Of a stretch of 32,000 nt of DNA, positions 10,942-20,926 are shown piece by piece. Under the pieces are notes generated by a model that worked only from the letters and a program-made list of their open reading frames with translations, was not told where the DNA came from and ran no database searches. How positions within the stretch are numbered: the first letter of the stretch is position 1; each line of letters starts with the position of its first letter. The stretch lies in assembly GCF_053903025.1 (NCBI RefSeq), contig NZ_AP045049.1; one strand, 5' to 3'. The translations under genes and the position numbers were made by a program.

Positions 10942-12324
10942 TTAGTTCTGCACTTCTTGAGAGGTGAATTGTTGCTGGCAACGGCGTTTGCCCTGGGCCA
11001 GCTGTTCCATAACGGTTTTCAGATTGTGCGTCGTGAGTGAGTAGTAGCGTTTAGCGATAATCGCGCTCAGCAAATAACAGATCGCCGGAACAATCGTGAA
11101 TAGCGCAATAATGATGCTAATCGTGGCGCTGTTCTGCGCTTTTTCTGCCGCATCATATCCGCCATAAGCCAGCATCCAGCCGATAAGAGCGCCGCCGAAG
11201 GCCAACCCCAGTTTGAGCACAAACAGCGTGCCAGCAAAACTGATCCCGGTCAGGCGTTTACCATTGCACCACTCGCCGTAGTCGACGGTATCGGACATCA
11301 TTACCCACTGGATAGGTGTCACTAGTTGATGCAACACACCAATCACGAAGATGAAGACAAACATGGTGATGCTGGCCTGCATAGGAACAAAGAACATCGC
11401 GAGGCTAATCACTGCCAGCAGGGCGTTCGTCCACCAGAAGATAGTGACTTTACATTTCCAGTCGGTCAGCGGTTTTGCCAGTGCGGAACCAATCAGGTTA
11501 CCCACGCAATAAGTGGTGAGAAAAGCGACAAACACTTCCGGCGTACCCAAAATCCATGTGACGTAATACATCATCGCTCCACCGCGTACGCACACCGCCA
11601 GGATATTGAAAATGGTTAGTAAACCGACAATCCGCCACTGGTCGTTTTGCCAGATATCACGTAAATCTTCCCGCATAGACGTCGTTGTAGGTGGTGCTTC
11701 AACGCGTTCTTTAGTGGTGAAGAAACAAAATGCCAGCATCATAAATGCCACCACGGAAAGGACCGCGATACCGCCCTGGAAACCGAGTGGTTTATTATCA
11801 CCACCAATTAAATTAACCAGCGGCATCATCAGCACAGTAGAGAGCATGCCTCCCGCGGTCGCCAGCACAAAACGCCAGGATTGCAGCGAGATACGCTGAG
11901 TCGGGTCATTGGTGATTACACCACCCAATGCGCAGTAAGGGATATTAACGATGGTATAAAGTAAGGTAAGTAGGGTGTAAGTAATTGCTGCATAAATCAT
12001 TTTTCCGTTCATACTGAGATCTGGCGTGCTATAGGCCAGTACACAGACGATCCCAAATGGCAGTGCGCCAAACAGTACCCACGGACGAAATTTACCCCAG
12101 CGAGAGCGCGTTCGATCGGCCAACAACCCCATGCAAGGATCGGAAATCGCATCCAGTGCACGAGCGACCAAAAACATGGTTCCGACAAATCCGGCAGGTA
12201 TGCCAAAAATATCGGTATAAAAGAACATCATATATAACATTACGTTATCGAAAATAATGTGGCTGGCGGCGTCTCCCATGCCATAACCAATTTTCTCTTT
12301 AACGGACAACACTTCACTCTTCAT
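10942..12324 (-). CDS. yicJ: GPH-family (glycoside-pentoside-hexuronide) cation symporter YicJ
   Basis: 460 aa from MKSEVLSVKEKIGYGMGDAASHIIFDNVMLYMMFFYTDIFG; the tracked 12381 start adds 19 aa upstream. Ends 9 bp from yicI, same strand. Confidence 0.93.
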   Translation of the reverse strand: MKSEVLSVKEKIGYGMGDAASHIIFDNVMLYMMFFYTDIFGIPAGFVGTMFLVARALDAISDPCMGLLADRTRSRWGKFRPWVLFGALPFGIVCVLAYSTPDLSMNGKMIYAAITYTLLTLLYTIVNIPYCALGGVITNDPTQRISLQSWRFVLATAGGMLSTVLMMPLVNLIGGDNKPLGFQGGIAVLSVVAFMMLAFCFFTTKERVEAPPTTTSMREDLRDIWQNDQWRIVGLLTIFNILAVCVRGGAMMYYVTWILGTPEVFVAFLTTYCVGNLIGSALAKPLTDWKCKVTIFWWTNALLAVISLAMFFVPMQASITMFVFIFVIGVLHQLVTPIQWVMMSDTVDYGEWCNGKRLTGISFAGTLFVLKLGLAFGGALIGWMLAYGGYDAAEKAQNSATISIIIALFTIVPAICYLLSAIIAKRYYSLTTHNLKTVMEQLAQGKRRCQQQFTSQEVQN

Positions 12325-12616
12325 CTGCTTTTCCTTGATGCTATAGGGGTGCTGAGACCGATAACGCATTTTGTAAACCATCCCTGTGAGAGCGAATATT
12401 CCGATATCTGGTTATTAATTTATGATTCTTGTTTTATGTGATCGTGGTAGCGTTAATTTCGCTCATATATCATTGTAAAATATGGGTTTTATATGAACTA
12501 TAATGCTTTCGTGATAATACGCTGCGTGTATTAGGCGGAAAAAACTGATCTGGGGGATGTAGAAACTCAAGGAAGTAGCTATAATGCGCCCCGCCTCCAT
12601 GTAGCAATCGAGGCGC

Positions 12617-12711
12617 GGAAGATCGTCGTCTCCGGTGAGGCGGCTGGACTTCAAATCCAGTTGGGGCCGCCAGCGGTCCCGGGCAGGTTCGACTCCTGTG
12701 ATCTTCCGCCA
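12617..12711 (+). tRNA. selC: tRNA-Sec (anticodon TCA at 12651-12653)
   Basis: 95 nt sequence GGAAGATCGTCGTCTCCGGTGAGGCGGCTGGACTTCAAATCCAGTTGGGGCCGCCAGCGGTCCCGGGCAGGTTCGACTCCTGTGATCTTCCGCCA. Acceptor ends GGAAGATC/GATCTTCC, anticodon loop CTTCAAA, long variable arm, encoded CCA. Confidence 0.99.
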
Positions 12712-12787
12712 ATTAGCCTCTTCTGACATTCTCCAACCCCTTGTAATACTGTCATTCCAGAGATTTTCTATCTGCTCAATATTCAAT

Positions 12788-12961
12788 CGGCTTCAGGAAT
12801 ACCTGATCAAAAGTTTTGTGATGGACGATGAGCGACTGAAGAATCCGCCTGTCGGTTCTTCTGTCCTCGAACGCATCCGCGATATGCGCGCCAGCATGTG
12901 CCGTGTTTATTTGCAGGTGATTTGCCCCCTGCTGGCTCTCAGCCAACTGTATCGCCATTAA
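12788..12961 (+). pseudogene. Remnant of a RhuM-family virulence-associated protein gene
   Basis: Translation [57 protein letters not shown] resembles the RhuM core (RLxEYIIKGFxMDDERLKxPPVGSS...LLERIRDIRASERRxYxxVRxIFALxxDY) as recalled. It has an apparent internal deletion and diverged C-end, and lacks the rest of the protein. Confidence 0.6.
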
Positions 12962-13348
12962 GGTGAAGATATTGTTTTACACGCTCCATAACACCCTTTT
13001 TTATACGACGATTCTATTCCTTTAACAGCTGGCGAAAAAAACTGACCTGTAAACTTCACCAATAATCAGACTGTCATCAAGATTAATTTTTTCATTTAAT
13101 ATATCAAATCAACTTGTTTTATTTTTACTATCAAAAATAGCTCATTGCCTTACTATAATTAATATATAAATTCGGTGATTAATTCTTAACATGCTTTTGC
13201 TAATAATCTCAATTGCTGGCCCTATAATATTGCGCTAGCATTGCTTTCTGGTTGTATCAGCGACACTCAAAAATTCTTAATACAATACTCATTCGACTGG
13301 TACTTATTTGTAACTCAGTTATATTTTGTCGCCCGGTGATTCAGAAGA

Positions 13349-14533
13349 ATGCAAAAAACGGCTACCACTCCATCAAAAATACTTGATCTCACTGCCGCGG
13401 CATTTTTACTTGTCGCCTTTCTGACGGGTATTGCGGGCGCTCTCCAGACTCCTACCCTAAGTATATTCCTCGCAGATGAACTGAAAGCCCGTCCTATAAT
13501 GGTAGGTTTTTTCTTCACCGGTAGCGCTATTATGGGAATTCTTGTCAGTCAATTTCTGGCAAGACACTCCGATAAACAAGGCGACCGTAAATTACTGATC
13601 CTGCTATGTTGCTTATTTGGAGTGCTGGCCTGCACGCTTTTTGCGTGGAATCGCAACTACTTCATTCTCCTCTCTACGGGCGTACTTCTGAGTAGTTTTG
13701 CTTCCACCGCAAACCCGCAAATGTTCGCCCTCGCCCGTGAACACGCCGACAGAACAGGCCGTGAGACGGTAATGTTCAGTACATTTTTACGTGCTCAGAT
13801 CTCGCTTGCCTGGGTTATCGGGCCACCGCTCGCTTATGAGCTGGCAATGGGATTTAGTTTTAAAGTGATGTATCTCACCGCAGCCATCGCATTTGTTGTT
13901 TGCGGGCTGATAGTCTGGTTGTTTTTGCCATCAATACAAAGAAATATTCCTGTCGTTACCCAACCCGTAGAAATTTTACCCTCCACCCATAGGAAGCGGG
14001 ATACACGGCTACTTTTCGTGGTTTGTTCAATGATGTGGGCGGCGAATAATCTCTACATGATAAATATGCCGCTATTTATTATTGATGAACTGCATCTAAC
14101 CGATAAACTGGCTGGAGAAATGATTGGTATTGCTGCCGGTCTGGAAATTCCGATGATGTTAATCGCAGGCTATTACATGAAACGTATTGGCAAGCGGCTA
14201 TTAATGCTCATTGCTATCGTGAGTGGAATGTGTTTTTACGCCAGCGTACTCATGGCGACGACTCCGGCAGTTGAGCTGGAATTGCAAATTCTAAATGCCA
14301 TCTTCCTTGGTATTCTCTGTGGTATCGGCATGCTTTATTTTCAGGACCTGATGCCTGAAAAAATAGGCTCTGCGACAACGTTATATGCAAATACTTCACG
14401 CGTCGGCTGGATTATCGCCGGCTCTGTTGACGGAATTATGGTTGAAATCTGGAGCTACCACGCGTTGTTCTGGCTGGCGATAGGGATGTTGGGTATTGCG
14501 ATGATTTGCCTGCTGTTTATTAAAGATATTTAG
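13349..14533 (+). CDS. setC: Sugar efflux transporter SetC (MFS)
   Basis: 394 aa MFS protein MQKTATTPSKILDLTAAAFLLVAFLTGIAGALQTPTLSIFL; downstream of selC as in E. coli. Confidence 0.93.
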   Translation: MQKTATTPSKILDLTAAAFLLVAFLTGIAGALQTPTLSIFLADELKARPIMVGFFFTGSAIMGILVSQFLARHSDKQGDRKLLILLCCLFGVLACTLFAWNRNYFILLSTGVLLSSFASTANPQMFALAREHADRTGRETVMFSTFLRAQISLAWVIGPPLAYELAMGFSFKVMYLTAAIAFVVCGLIVWLFLPSIQRNIPVVTQPVEILPSTHRKRDTRLLFVVCSMMWAANNLYMINMPLFIIDELHLTDKLAGEMIGIAAGLEIPMMLIAGYYMKRIGKRLLMLIAIVSGMCFYASVLMATTPAVELELQILNAIFLGILCGIGMLYFQDLMPEKIGSATTLYANTSRVGWIIAGSVDGIMVEIWSYHALFWLAIGMLGIAMICLLFIKDI

Positions 14534-14643
14534 CTCACCTGTCTGGGCTAAGAAAAATCGGCGTGGCGCAAACAGAGCCATCCTCGCCATTTTTGCTATC
14601 ATGCCTGCATACATAAACGACAAAACAGTATGCAGAGGGAAAA

Positions 14644-15567
14644 ATGGGTTCCACCAGAAAGGGGATGCTGAACGTTCTGATTGCCGCCGTGTTGTGGGGA
14701 AGTTCAGGGGTCTGCGCGCAATACATCATGGAGCAAAGCCAGATGTCGTCGCAGTTTTTGACTATGACGCGTTTGATATTCGCCGGTTTGATTCTGCTGA
14801 CGCTGTCATTTGTGCATGGCGATAAAATCTTTTCTATTATTAACAATCACAAAGATGCCATTAGTCTGCTGATTTTTTCCGTGGTTGGTGCGCTAACCGT
14901 ACAGCTCACTTTTTTACTAACCATTGAAAAATCGAATGCTGCCACGGCAACGGTGCTGCAATTCCTCTCACCGACGATTATCGTCGCCTGGTTCTCACTG
15001 GTGCGTAAATCTCGCCCGGGCATTCTGGTTTTCTGCGCTATTTTGACATCGCTGATCGGGACTTTTTTATTGGTGACACACGGTAATCCGACGTCATTAT
15101 CGATCTCTCCGGCCGCGTTATTCTGGGGCATTGCCTCGGCATTTGCTGCTGCATTCTATACCACCTATCCCTCAACGCTGATTGCCCGCTATGGCACGTT
15201 ACCGGTCGTCGGCTGGAGTATGCTGATCGGTGGTCTGATCCTGCTGCCCTTCTATGCCGGGCAAGGAACAAACTTCGTGGTTAATGGCAGCCTGATTCTG
15301 GCGTTTTTCTATCTGGTGGTAATCGGAACTTCGCTAACCTTTAGTCTATATCTGAAAGGCGCACAGCTCATTGGCGGGCCAAAAGCCAGCATTCTGAGCT
15401 GTGCAGAACCATTAAGTAGCGCGCTGCTCTCTTTGCTGTTGCTGGGGATCACGTTCACATTGCCGGACTGGCTGGGAACGCTGCTGATTCTGTCATCGGT
15501 GATTTTGATTTCAATGGATTCTCGTCGCCGCGCCAGAAAAATAAATCGTCCGGCGCGGCATGAGTGA
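14644..15567 (+). CDS. yicL: EamA/DMT-family inner membrane transporter YicL
   Basis: 307 aa, [48 protein letters not shown], EamA-type repeats. Confidence 0.92.
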   Translation: MGSTRKGMLNVLIAAVLWGSSGVCAQYIMEQSQMSSQFLTMTRLIFAGLILLTLSFVHGDKIFSIINNHKDAISLLIFSVVGALTVQLTFLLTIEKSNAATATVLQFLSPTIIVAWFSLVRKSRPGILVFCAILTSLIGTFLLVTHGNPTSLSISPAALFWGIASAFAAAFYTTYPSTLIARYGTLPVVGWSMLIGGLILLPFYAGQGTNFVVNGSLILAFFYLVVIGTSLTFSLYLKGAQLIGGPKASILSCAEPLSSALLSLLLLGITFTLPDWLGTLLILSSVILISMDSRRRARKINRPARHE

Positions 15568-15570
15568 GAA

Positions 15571-16389
15571 TTACCAGCCAGGCACCGCGCCACCGTTAAA
15601 GATGGTTTCTGCCGCTTTAGCGACTTCGGGCGATTGATAAGATTGCAGAAATTCCTTCACGTTTTCTGCATTCTTATTATCTTCCCGTGCCACCAGAATA
15701 TTCACATACGGCGAATTCTTATCTTCAATAAATACGCTGTCGTGCACCGGAGAAAGCCCGGTCTGCTGAATGTAAGTGGTGCTGATAATCGCCACATCAA
15801 CTTTGGGATCATCCAGTACGCGCGGGAGCTGTGCCCCCTCGAGTTCCATAATCTGCAAATGACGAGGATTCTCGGTTATATCCAGCGCGGTAGGTAGTAA
15901 CCCTTTTCCCTCTTTCAGAGTAATTAGCTTCTCTTTTTGCAACAGTAAAAGCGCGCGACCAAGGTTGGTCGGGTCGTTGGGGATCGCCACTGTCGCGCCT
16001 TCTTTTATTTGCGCCACGGTTTTGATTTTTTTGGAATAACCCGCCATGGGGAAGACAAACGTATTTCCCACCGCTACCAGTTTATAACCATGCGCCTGAT
16101 TATCTTGTTCAAGAAAGGGGCGATGCTGGAAGACGTTCGCATCAAGCTCGCCATGATTTGTCGCATCGTTCGGTAGCAACGAACCGCTAAATCCTACCAG
16201 TTCAACATCGAGGCCATACTTCTCTTTTGCCACCTTTTTAGCGACTTCCGCGACATCTTGTTCTGCGCCATTAATAACGCCCACTTTAATGTGCTTTTCA
16301 TCGCTGTTGCTCTGGTCGCAACCTGCCAGCAGAATTCCTGCCAGCAATAATGAGGCCCCCACCCGTAGATGATGTGTTGTCAGTTTCAC
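15571..16389 (-). CDS. nlpA: Inner-membrane lipoprotein NlpA (MetQ-like, lipoprotein-28)
   Basis: 272 aa, lipobox LLAGC in MKLTTHHLRVGASLLLAGILLAGCDQSNSDEKHIKVGVINGAEQDVAEVAKKVAKEKYGLDVELVGFS; NlpA/MetQ family. Confidence 0.96.
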   Translation of the reverse strand: MKLTTHHLRVGASLLLAGILLAGCDQSNSDEKHIKVGVINGAEQDVAEVAKKVAKEKYGLDVELVGFSGSLLPNDATNHGELDANVFQHRPFLEQDNQAHGYKLVAVGNTFVFPMAGYSKKIKTVAQIKEGATVAIPNDPTNLGRALLLLQKEKLITLKEGKGLLPTALDITENPRHLQIMELEGAQLPRVLDDPKVDVAIISTTYIQQTGLSPVHDSVFIEDKNSPYVNILVAREDNKNAENVKEFLQSYQSPEVAKAAETIFNGGAVPGW

Positions 16390-16598
16390 TTTTTTATCCT
16401 TTTTTTAATCGTTAACTGACTATAATGGCAAGATCACTACGATTTAAAAAACGAAAAGCTATCGAATAGAAGAAAAAGGTATATAAAACTGGCACTTCTT
16501 ACTGACCACGCAAACACCTTTCGTACAGCATGATGAGAGCGGCAAAAGCAAACTACACTTATGCTTCATTCGATGCACATTTGCAGAAGGTTGCAGCT

Positions 16599-16892
16599 AT
16601 GAAGCCAACGATGCTACTCATGATTACCGTATTCCTGACTTTTTCAGCCATTTCTCAGGCCGAATCGCCATTCAGTTCTCTACAGTCGGCAAAAGAAAAG
16701 ACCACGGTATTGCAAGATTTACGTAAAATTTGCACGCCACAGGCGTCATTATCAGACGAAGCGTGGGAAAAATTAATGTTGTCTGATGAGAATAACAAAC
16801 AACATATCCGCGAAGCTATTGTGGCGATGGAGCGTAATAATCAGAATAACTACTGGGAAGCGCTGGGTAAGGTGGAATGCCCGGATATGTGA
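16599..16892 (+). CDS. yicS: Small secreted/periplasmic protein of unknown function YicS
   Basis: 97 aa from MKPTMLLMITVFLTFSAISQAESPFSSLQSAKEK with signal peptide; the tracked 16530 start adds 23 aa. Position after nlpA matches E. coli. Confidence 0.88.
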   Translation: MKPTMLLMITVFLTFSAISQAESPFSSLQSAKEKTTVLQDLRKICTPQASLSDEAWEKLMLSDENNKQHIREAIVAMERNNQNNYWEALGKVECPDM

Positions 16893-17193
16893 ATTTCGCA
16901 CACCTCCGCGCTCAGGCCAGCAGCCGCTGACGTACGCTCGCACATCAGTAAATCACCTGCTTTTTCAAATTCCAATCAAAATTGCACCCGTTCATCAGGA
17001 TTGTGGAGGAATTTCCCTCTACATTGTTTTCATTTCATCACATAGAAAATCTTATCTCATTGAAACAATACTTGTTTTTAATGAAGAAAAGGAAGCCCAA
17101 CGGATGGGCATAAAAATGAGCGAATTTTGATATCACCACCCTCTAAAAAATGGTGAAGTCTGCACAAAGAATGTTCGAAAGGAGAGAGTAGAG

Positions 17194-17691
17194 ATGGAAA
17201 GCGCAAATCTGGATTTAGAAGAAAATAAAGAAATTGCCAGTAAGTTCGAACGTGCACTAGGTATGGGAGCAACACTTGCAGAGCTGCATGGCATTACTCC
17301 GGATACACTTGAAGGCGTTTATGCTTACGCTTATAACTTTTATGAAAAAGGAAGACTTGACGAAGCTGAACTCTTTTTTAAATTTCTCTGTATTTATGAT
17401 TTCCAAAATTATAACTATTTAAAAGGATATGCCGCCGTCTGTCAGTTGAAGAAAGATTATCAAAAGGCATTCGACATGTATCATATCTGTTTAATGCTAT
17501 CTCCCGATAACGATTTCTCTTTGGTTTATTACATGGGCCAGTGCCAGATGGGCTTAAAAAACACTAAAATGGCCACGGAGTTATTTAATACAGTCGTAAC
17601 CTACAGCCAAAATGAAAAAATTAAAGAGATGGCTACTGCTTATCTTGAACTCTTGACAGCCAATACCGAAGAGGAAGTTCAAACAGAGTGA
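17194..17691 (+). CDS. eicA: Type III secretion translocon chaperone, SicA/LcrH/IpgC family (TPR)
   Basis: 165 aa; TPR-like core TLEGVYAYAYNFYEKGRLDEAELFFKFLCIYDFQNYNYLKGYAAVCQLKKDYQKAF strongly SicA-like. SD ggagag upstream. First gene of a co-directional set with SipB/C/D-like genes. Confidence 0.9.
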   Translation: MESANLDLEENKEIASKFERALGMGATLAELHGITPDTLEGVYAYAYNFYEKGRLDEAELFFKFLCIYDFQNYNYLKGYAAVCQLKKDYQKAFDMYHICLMLSPDNDFSLVYYMGQCQMGLKNTKMATELFNTVVTYSQNEKIKEMATAYLELLTANTEEEVQTE

Positions 17692-17937
17692 GTCGGCAAA
17701 ATGAACATAAACGGAAAAAACTCTTCTTTTACGCCTGAAGAGTTAACCAGGAAATATCATGAGAAAGCCCCGGTTGATTTAAAAATAACCATAGCGATAA
17801 AATAAATGAGAAGAATAACAATAAACACATTGCTTACTTTCCCGTTGATGCCATTTTAGATGGGAATAAACATCTGCCATGAGTTAAATAAAAAAGAATT
17901 AATTACACCCGATGATAGCTTAAAAAGGAGGTGAATT

Positions 17938-19719
17938 ATGTCGGCACCGATTACGGGACAAACGATCACGTTTGAACAAATCAGCGAAACATTGCGCACA
18001 CAGTATAGCGATGCGGAAAAAAGACTGCAGGACAGCAGCAAAACGCAAGTTGATCCCATGCGGCTTAATAAAAACCCGAAATCCCTTGATAATGATATTC
18101 GCGCTCGTCTTGAAAACAAACCGATGCTTGCTCCGCCTGAAATGCAGGTTTTAGATTCAGACAACGCCACTACAGCAAAGACGAACGATGCCCGCCTGAC
18201 GATGATTTTGGGTAATCTAACAGGCATTGCCGATCAGGATATTACAACACGATTGCATAATAACCTTGACAGCACCCTGCTTCGACACGAAATGGCACAT
18301 AATAAGTTTCGTGAATTAAGTGACGCTTACTCCTCGTCATTAGATTCCGCGCAAAAAGCCGACGACATCATGCATCAGGCCAATAATAATTACAATGCGG
18401 TCGATAAAAAGGTGCAATCGCTGGAGAAAAAAGTCAATGCATTGAATCAAGAGCTGTCGCAACTGCAACCTGGCGATCCGCAATATAATAAAGTGCTGAC
18501 GCAAAAAAATGCGGCTGAGAAAACACTCACGCTATCATTACAAAAAAAATCGTTAGCTGAGAAATCGTTAAATACAGCCATTATGGATGCTGATGCTGCG
18601 ATCGGCCAAAGTATGGAAATTTTTGACGAAATTCAACAGCAAGAACAGATTAATAACTTTACCACCAATATTTGCCTGACCCAGGAAAACCAGAAAAACA
18701 GAAACGCGACAGCCACATTTATCCTTTTGATTACCTCAGTAATGGAAGTTATTGGTGATACCAATTGCGAATCTATTAAAAATCAGTCTGAGGTAATGAA
18801 AGAGATTAACCATGTCAGGGAAAATAAACTCAATGAAACAGCGCGTAAATATACTAAATGGACAAAAGTTGTAAAAATCGTTAATGAGTGTGTAACTGTA
18901 GCTACCATTGCCATGAGCGCAATCTTAATTGTTGTTGGTCTTCTTGCTGCAGTTCCAAGTGGTGGTTCAAGTATTGCGGGTGCATTGGCACTTATTGGAG
19001 GAATAGCGGGCGCAGTAGTATTAGGTGTAGATATCACTTGTCAAATCGCTCTGGGCACCACGGCTACCGGCTGGATTTTAGGGAAAGTTGTAGAAGGTCT
19101 TTCGGCTGCTATTAAAACAGTTGATCCCACTCTGCTCGCAATCACCGCGCTTCTGGACGTTATTGGTGTCGATCAAGATACGATTGAACTGGTTAAAAGT
19201 ATTTACGCAAGTGCAGCCGCTTCTATTGTCATGGCGACAGTAATGATTGGTGCAGCTGTAATATGTTCTGTAGCAATAGGGGCCGTTGTTTCTGCATTAT
19301 CAAAAACAGCCGCAGAAGAAGTCACCAAAGAAATAACAAGCACTATAAAATCAACCATTGAATCTATTATTAAATCCGTTTCAAAAAATATTATAAAGGT
19401 ATTAAACAGAGTATGCAGCATGATACAAACATCAGTCGTAGTTTTGAAGTTGATTGCCAAGATAAGTAATGCTCTGGAGAAAATAGGCTTAGCTATCTGT
19501 GAAACAGCAACATCGATAATGAATTATTGTGTTGCTGAAAACTCTGCCGACATGGCAATTTTACAACAGGACATGAGTAATCTATCAAAAACGCGTGAAC
19601 AAATGCTTTCAGTATTGCAAAGGGTGGATAAAACCGTCGAACAAGAGGTAAGTCAGATGGTAAGAGTATTACAACACCGAACTGAAACCTTAAAATTTGC
19701 TTCCCATTCTATCGTATAA
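17938..19719 (+). CDS. eipB: SipB/IpaB-like type III translocator
   Basis: 593 aa; N-terminal coiled-coil half (KADDIMHQANNNYNAVDKKVQSLEKKVNALNQELSQLQPGDPQYNKVLTQKNAAEKTL) and two hydrophobic segments (TIAMSAILIVVGLLAAVPSGGSSIAGALALIGGIAGAVVLG; AAASIVMATVMIGAAVICSVAIGAVVSAL) as in SipB/IpaB. Strong SD AAGGAGGTGA at 17925-17934. Confidence 0.88.
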   Translation: MSAPITGQTITFEQISETLRTQYSDAEKRLQDSSKTQVDPMRLNKNPKSLDNDIRARLENKPMLAPPEMQVLDSDNATTAKTNDARLTMILGNLTGIADQDITTRLHNNLDSTLLRHEMAHNKFRELSDAYSSSLDSAQKADDIMHQANNNYNAVDKKVQSLEKKVNALNQELSQLQPGDPQYNKVLTQKNAAEKTLTLSLQKKSLAEKSLNTAIMDADAAIGQSMEIFDEIQQQEQINNFTTNICLTQENQKNRNATATFILLITSVMEVIGDTNCESIKNQSEVMKEINHVRENKLNETARKYTKWTKVVKIVNECVTVATIAMSAILIVVGLLAAVPSGGSSIAGALALIGGIAGAVVLGVDITCQIALGTTATGWILGKVVEGLSAAIKTVDPTLLAITALLDVIGVDQDTIELVKSIYASAAASIVMATVMIGAAVICSVAIGAVVSALSKTAAEEVTKEITSTIKSTIESIIKSVSKNIIKVLNRVCSMIQTSVVVLKLIAKISNALEKIGLAICETATSIMNYCVAENSADMAILQQDMSNLSKTREQMLSVLQRVDKTVEQEVSQMVRVLQHRTETLKFASHSIV

Positions 19720-19731
19720 GAGGGTTCTAAC

Positions 19732-20883
19732 ATGGCCACCTATGAAATTAAAAATGCGACCAGCACACATAATATTAACAATCTCGATAAAACAATCTTT
19801 GATAGAGATTATAGTAAAGAAAACAACATACCAAATGATAATAAAATTGTGCAATACTATAACCTTAAAGATATTAAGCATGACATAAGCTCTCAGTTTA
19901 TAATATTAAAAAATACAGACAGAGAAGTCTGTCCGGAACTAAGAGTAAAACTATTGGATAATCTTAATTATTCAAGGAATACGCTAGATAATTTGAGGGG
20001 TGACCTTAACAAACCTACAATTACATCCAGTCAATCAAGCAGTTCTACAGAGCAGACCACTATTAAAATATCTAAATTTAATATCCTTGATATGCTAGAT
20101 AATTTGACCATGCGACAACAAGCTGTTATGGAGGAATTTTTAAGGGTATTCACATCAATGTATAAAGCCTCAGCTATGTCTGAGGCTATTATGAGCAATG
20201 TTTTTGAACAACTTGTCCAGTATCAGAGAAAAGAAACCGAACGCGCCACAGCAGCAAGTTCGATAGGTGTTATTATCGGGTCAGGAGTTGGCGCAGTCGG
20301 GGCCTCGGCATCTGCCGTAGCAAATTACAGAAGCCATCCCAAAAAGATGGTAACCCTTACACCTGACCAAGAGCATACTATCGAAAGAACTGATGATAAT
20401 GCACAGCGCGCGTCAAAAAGGGAAGTTATAGAGCAACAAGCTTCTCTCAAACAAATAGATGAAAAAATAAAAAATACAACGAAAGATACGAATCTTAATG
20501 AAAAAGAAAAAGAAGAGGCGCTGAAATCATATGATAAAGAAAAAGAAGCTACTCTAGAAAAGATTAGAGATACAAACGAGAAAATTAGCACAAAACATAA
20601 CAATAGGTATAATAAATATTTTACTATAGGTAAAGCAGATGTACTTTCACAGCTTAGCAATGAATCAATTCGAGCAACATCTAGATATCTAGAAAGCACT
20701 ACTCATGCAGAAAAAGACATTGTTGAACAGGCTAAAAATGTTATGCATTCAGTTATGAGTAGCTATCTGGATCAAATTAGTCGTGATGTTCAAGGAAGAG
20801 ATCAGGCACTTAATTTATTACAGCAAATAATACAAACCATTATTGATACTGATAGCGCTATCGTTCAAGGCATTCGCTCATAA
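19732..20883 (+). CDS. eipC: SipC/IpaC-like type III translocator
   Basis: 383 aa, starts 12 bp after eipB. Central hydrophobic segment ATAASSIGVIIGSGVGAVGASASAVANY and helical C-terminal domain (LDQISRDVQGRDQALNLLQQIIQTIIDTDSAIVQGI); position between SipB-like and SipD-like genes. Confidence 0.8.
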   Translation: MATYEIKNATSTHNINNLDKTIFDRDYSKENNIPNDNKIVQYYNLKDIKHDISSQFIILKNTDREVCPELRVKLLDNLNYSRNTLDNLRGDLNKPTITSSQSSSSTEQTTIKISKFNILDMLDNLTMRQQAVMEEFLRVFTSMYKASAMSEAIMSNVFEQLVQYQRKETERATAASSIGVIIGSGVGAVGASASAVANYRSHPKKMVTLTPDQEHTIERTDDNAQRASKREVIEQQASLKQIDEKIKNTTKDTNLNEKEKEEALKSYDKEKEATLEKIRDTNEKISTKHNNRYNKYFTIGKADVLSQLSNESIRATSRYLESTTHAEKDIVEQAKNVMHSVMSSYLDQISRDVQGRDQALNLLQQIIQTIIDTDSAIVQGIRS

Positions 20884-20926
20884 ATAATTGCAATAATAGT
20901 TAATTATATTTAAGGAGGAATGACTC

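Noticed and set aside
12463-12961. ORFs 12463-12786 (-), 12470-12712 (-) and the full 12635-12961 (+) overlapping selC
   Set aside because: They run through the tRNA gene, so the N-terminal parts are not protein-coding. Only the 12788-12961 segment of the + ORF resembles a real protein, as a remnant.
14535-14846. Small ORFs around the setC-yicL gap (14535-14846 -, 14601-14825 +, 14396-14623 -)
   Set aside because: They overlap setC/yicL coding sequence and have no recognisable motif.
17856-19460. Minus-strand ORFs 17856-18227, 18783-19037 and 19203-19460 opposite eipB, 20325-20699 opposite eipC, and 21521-21796 opposite eipD
   Set aside because: Shadow ORFs of clearly recognisable translocon genes, low-complexity compositions.
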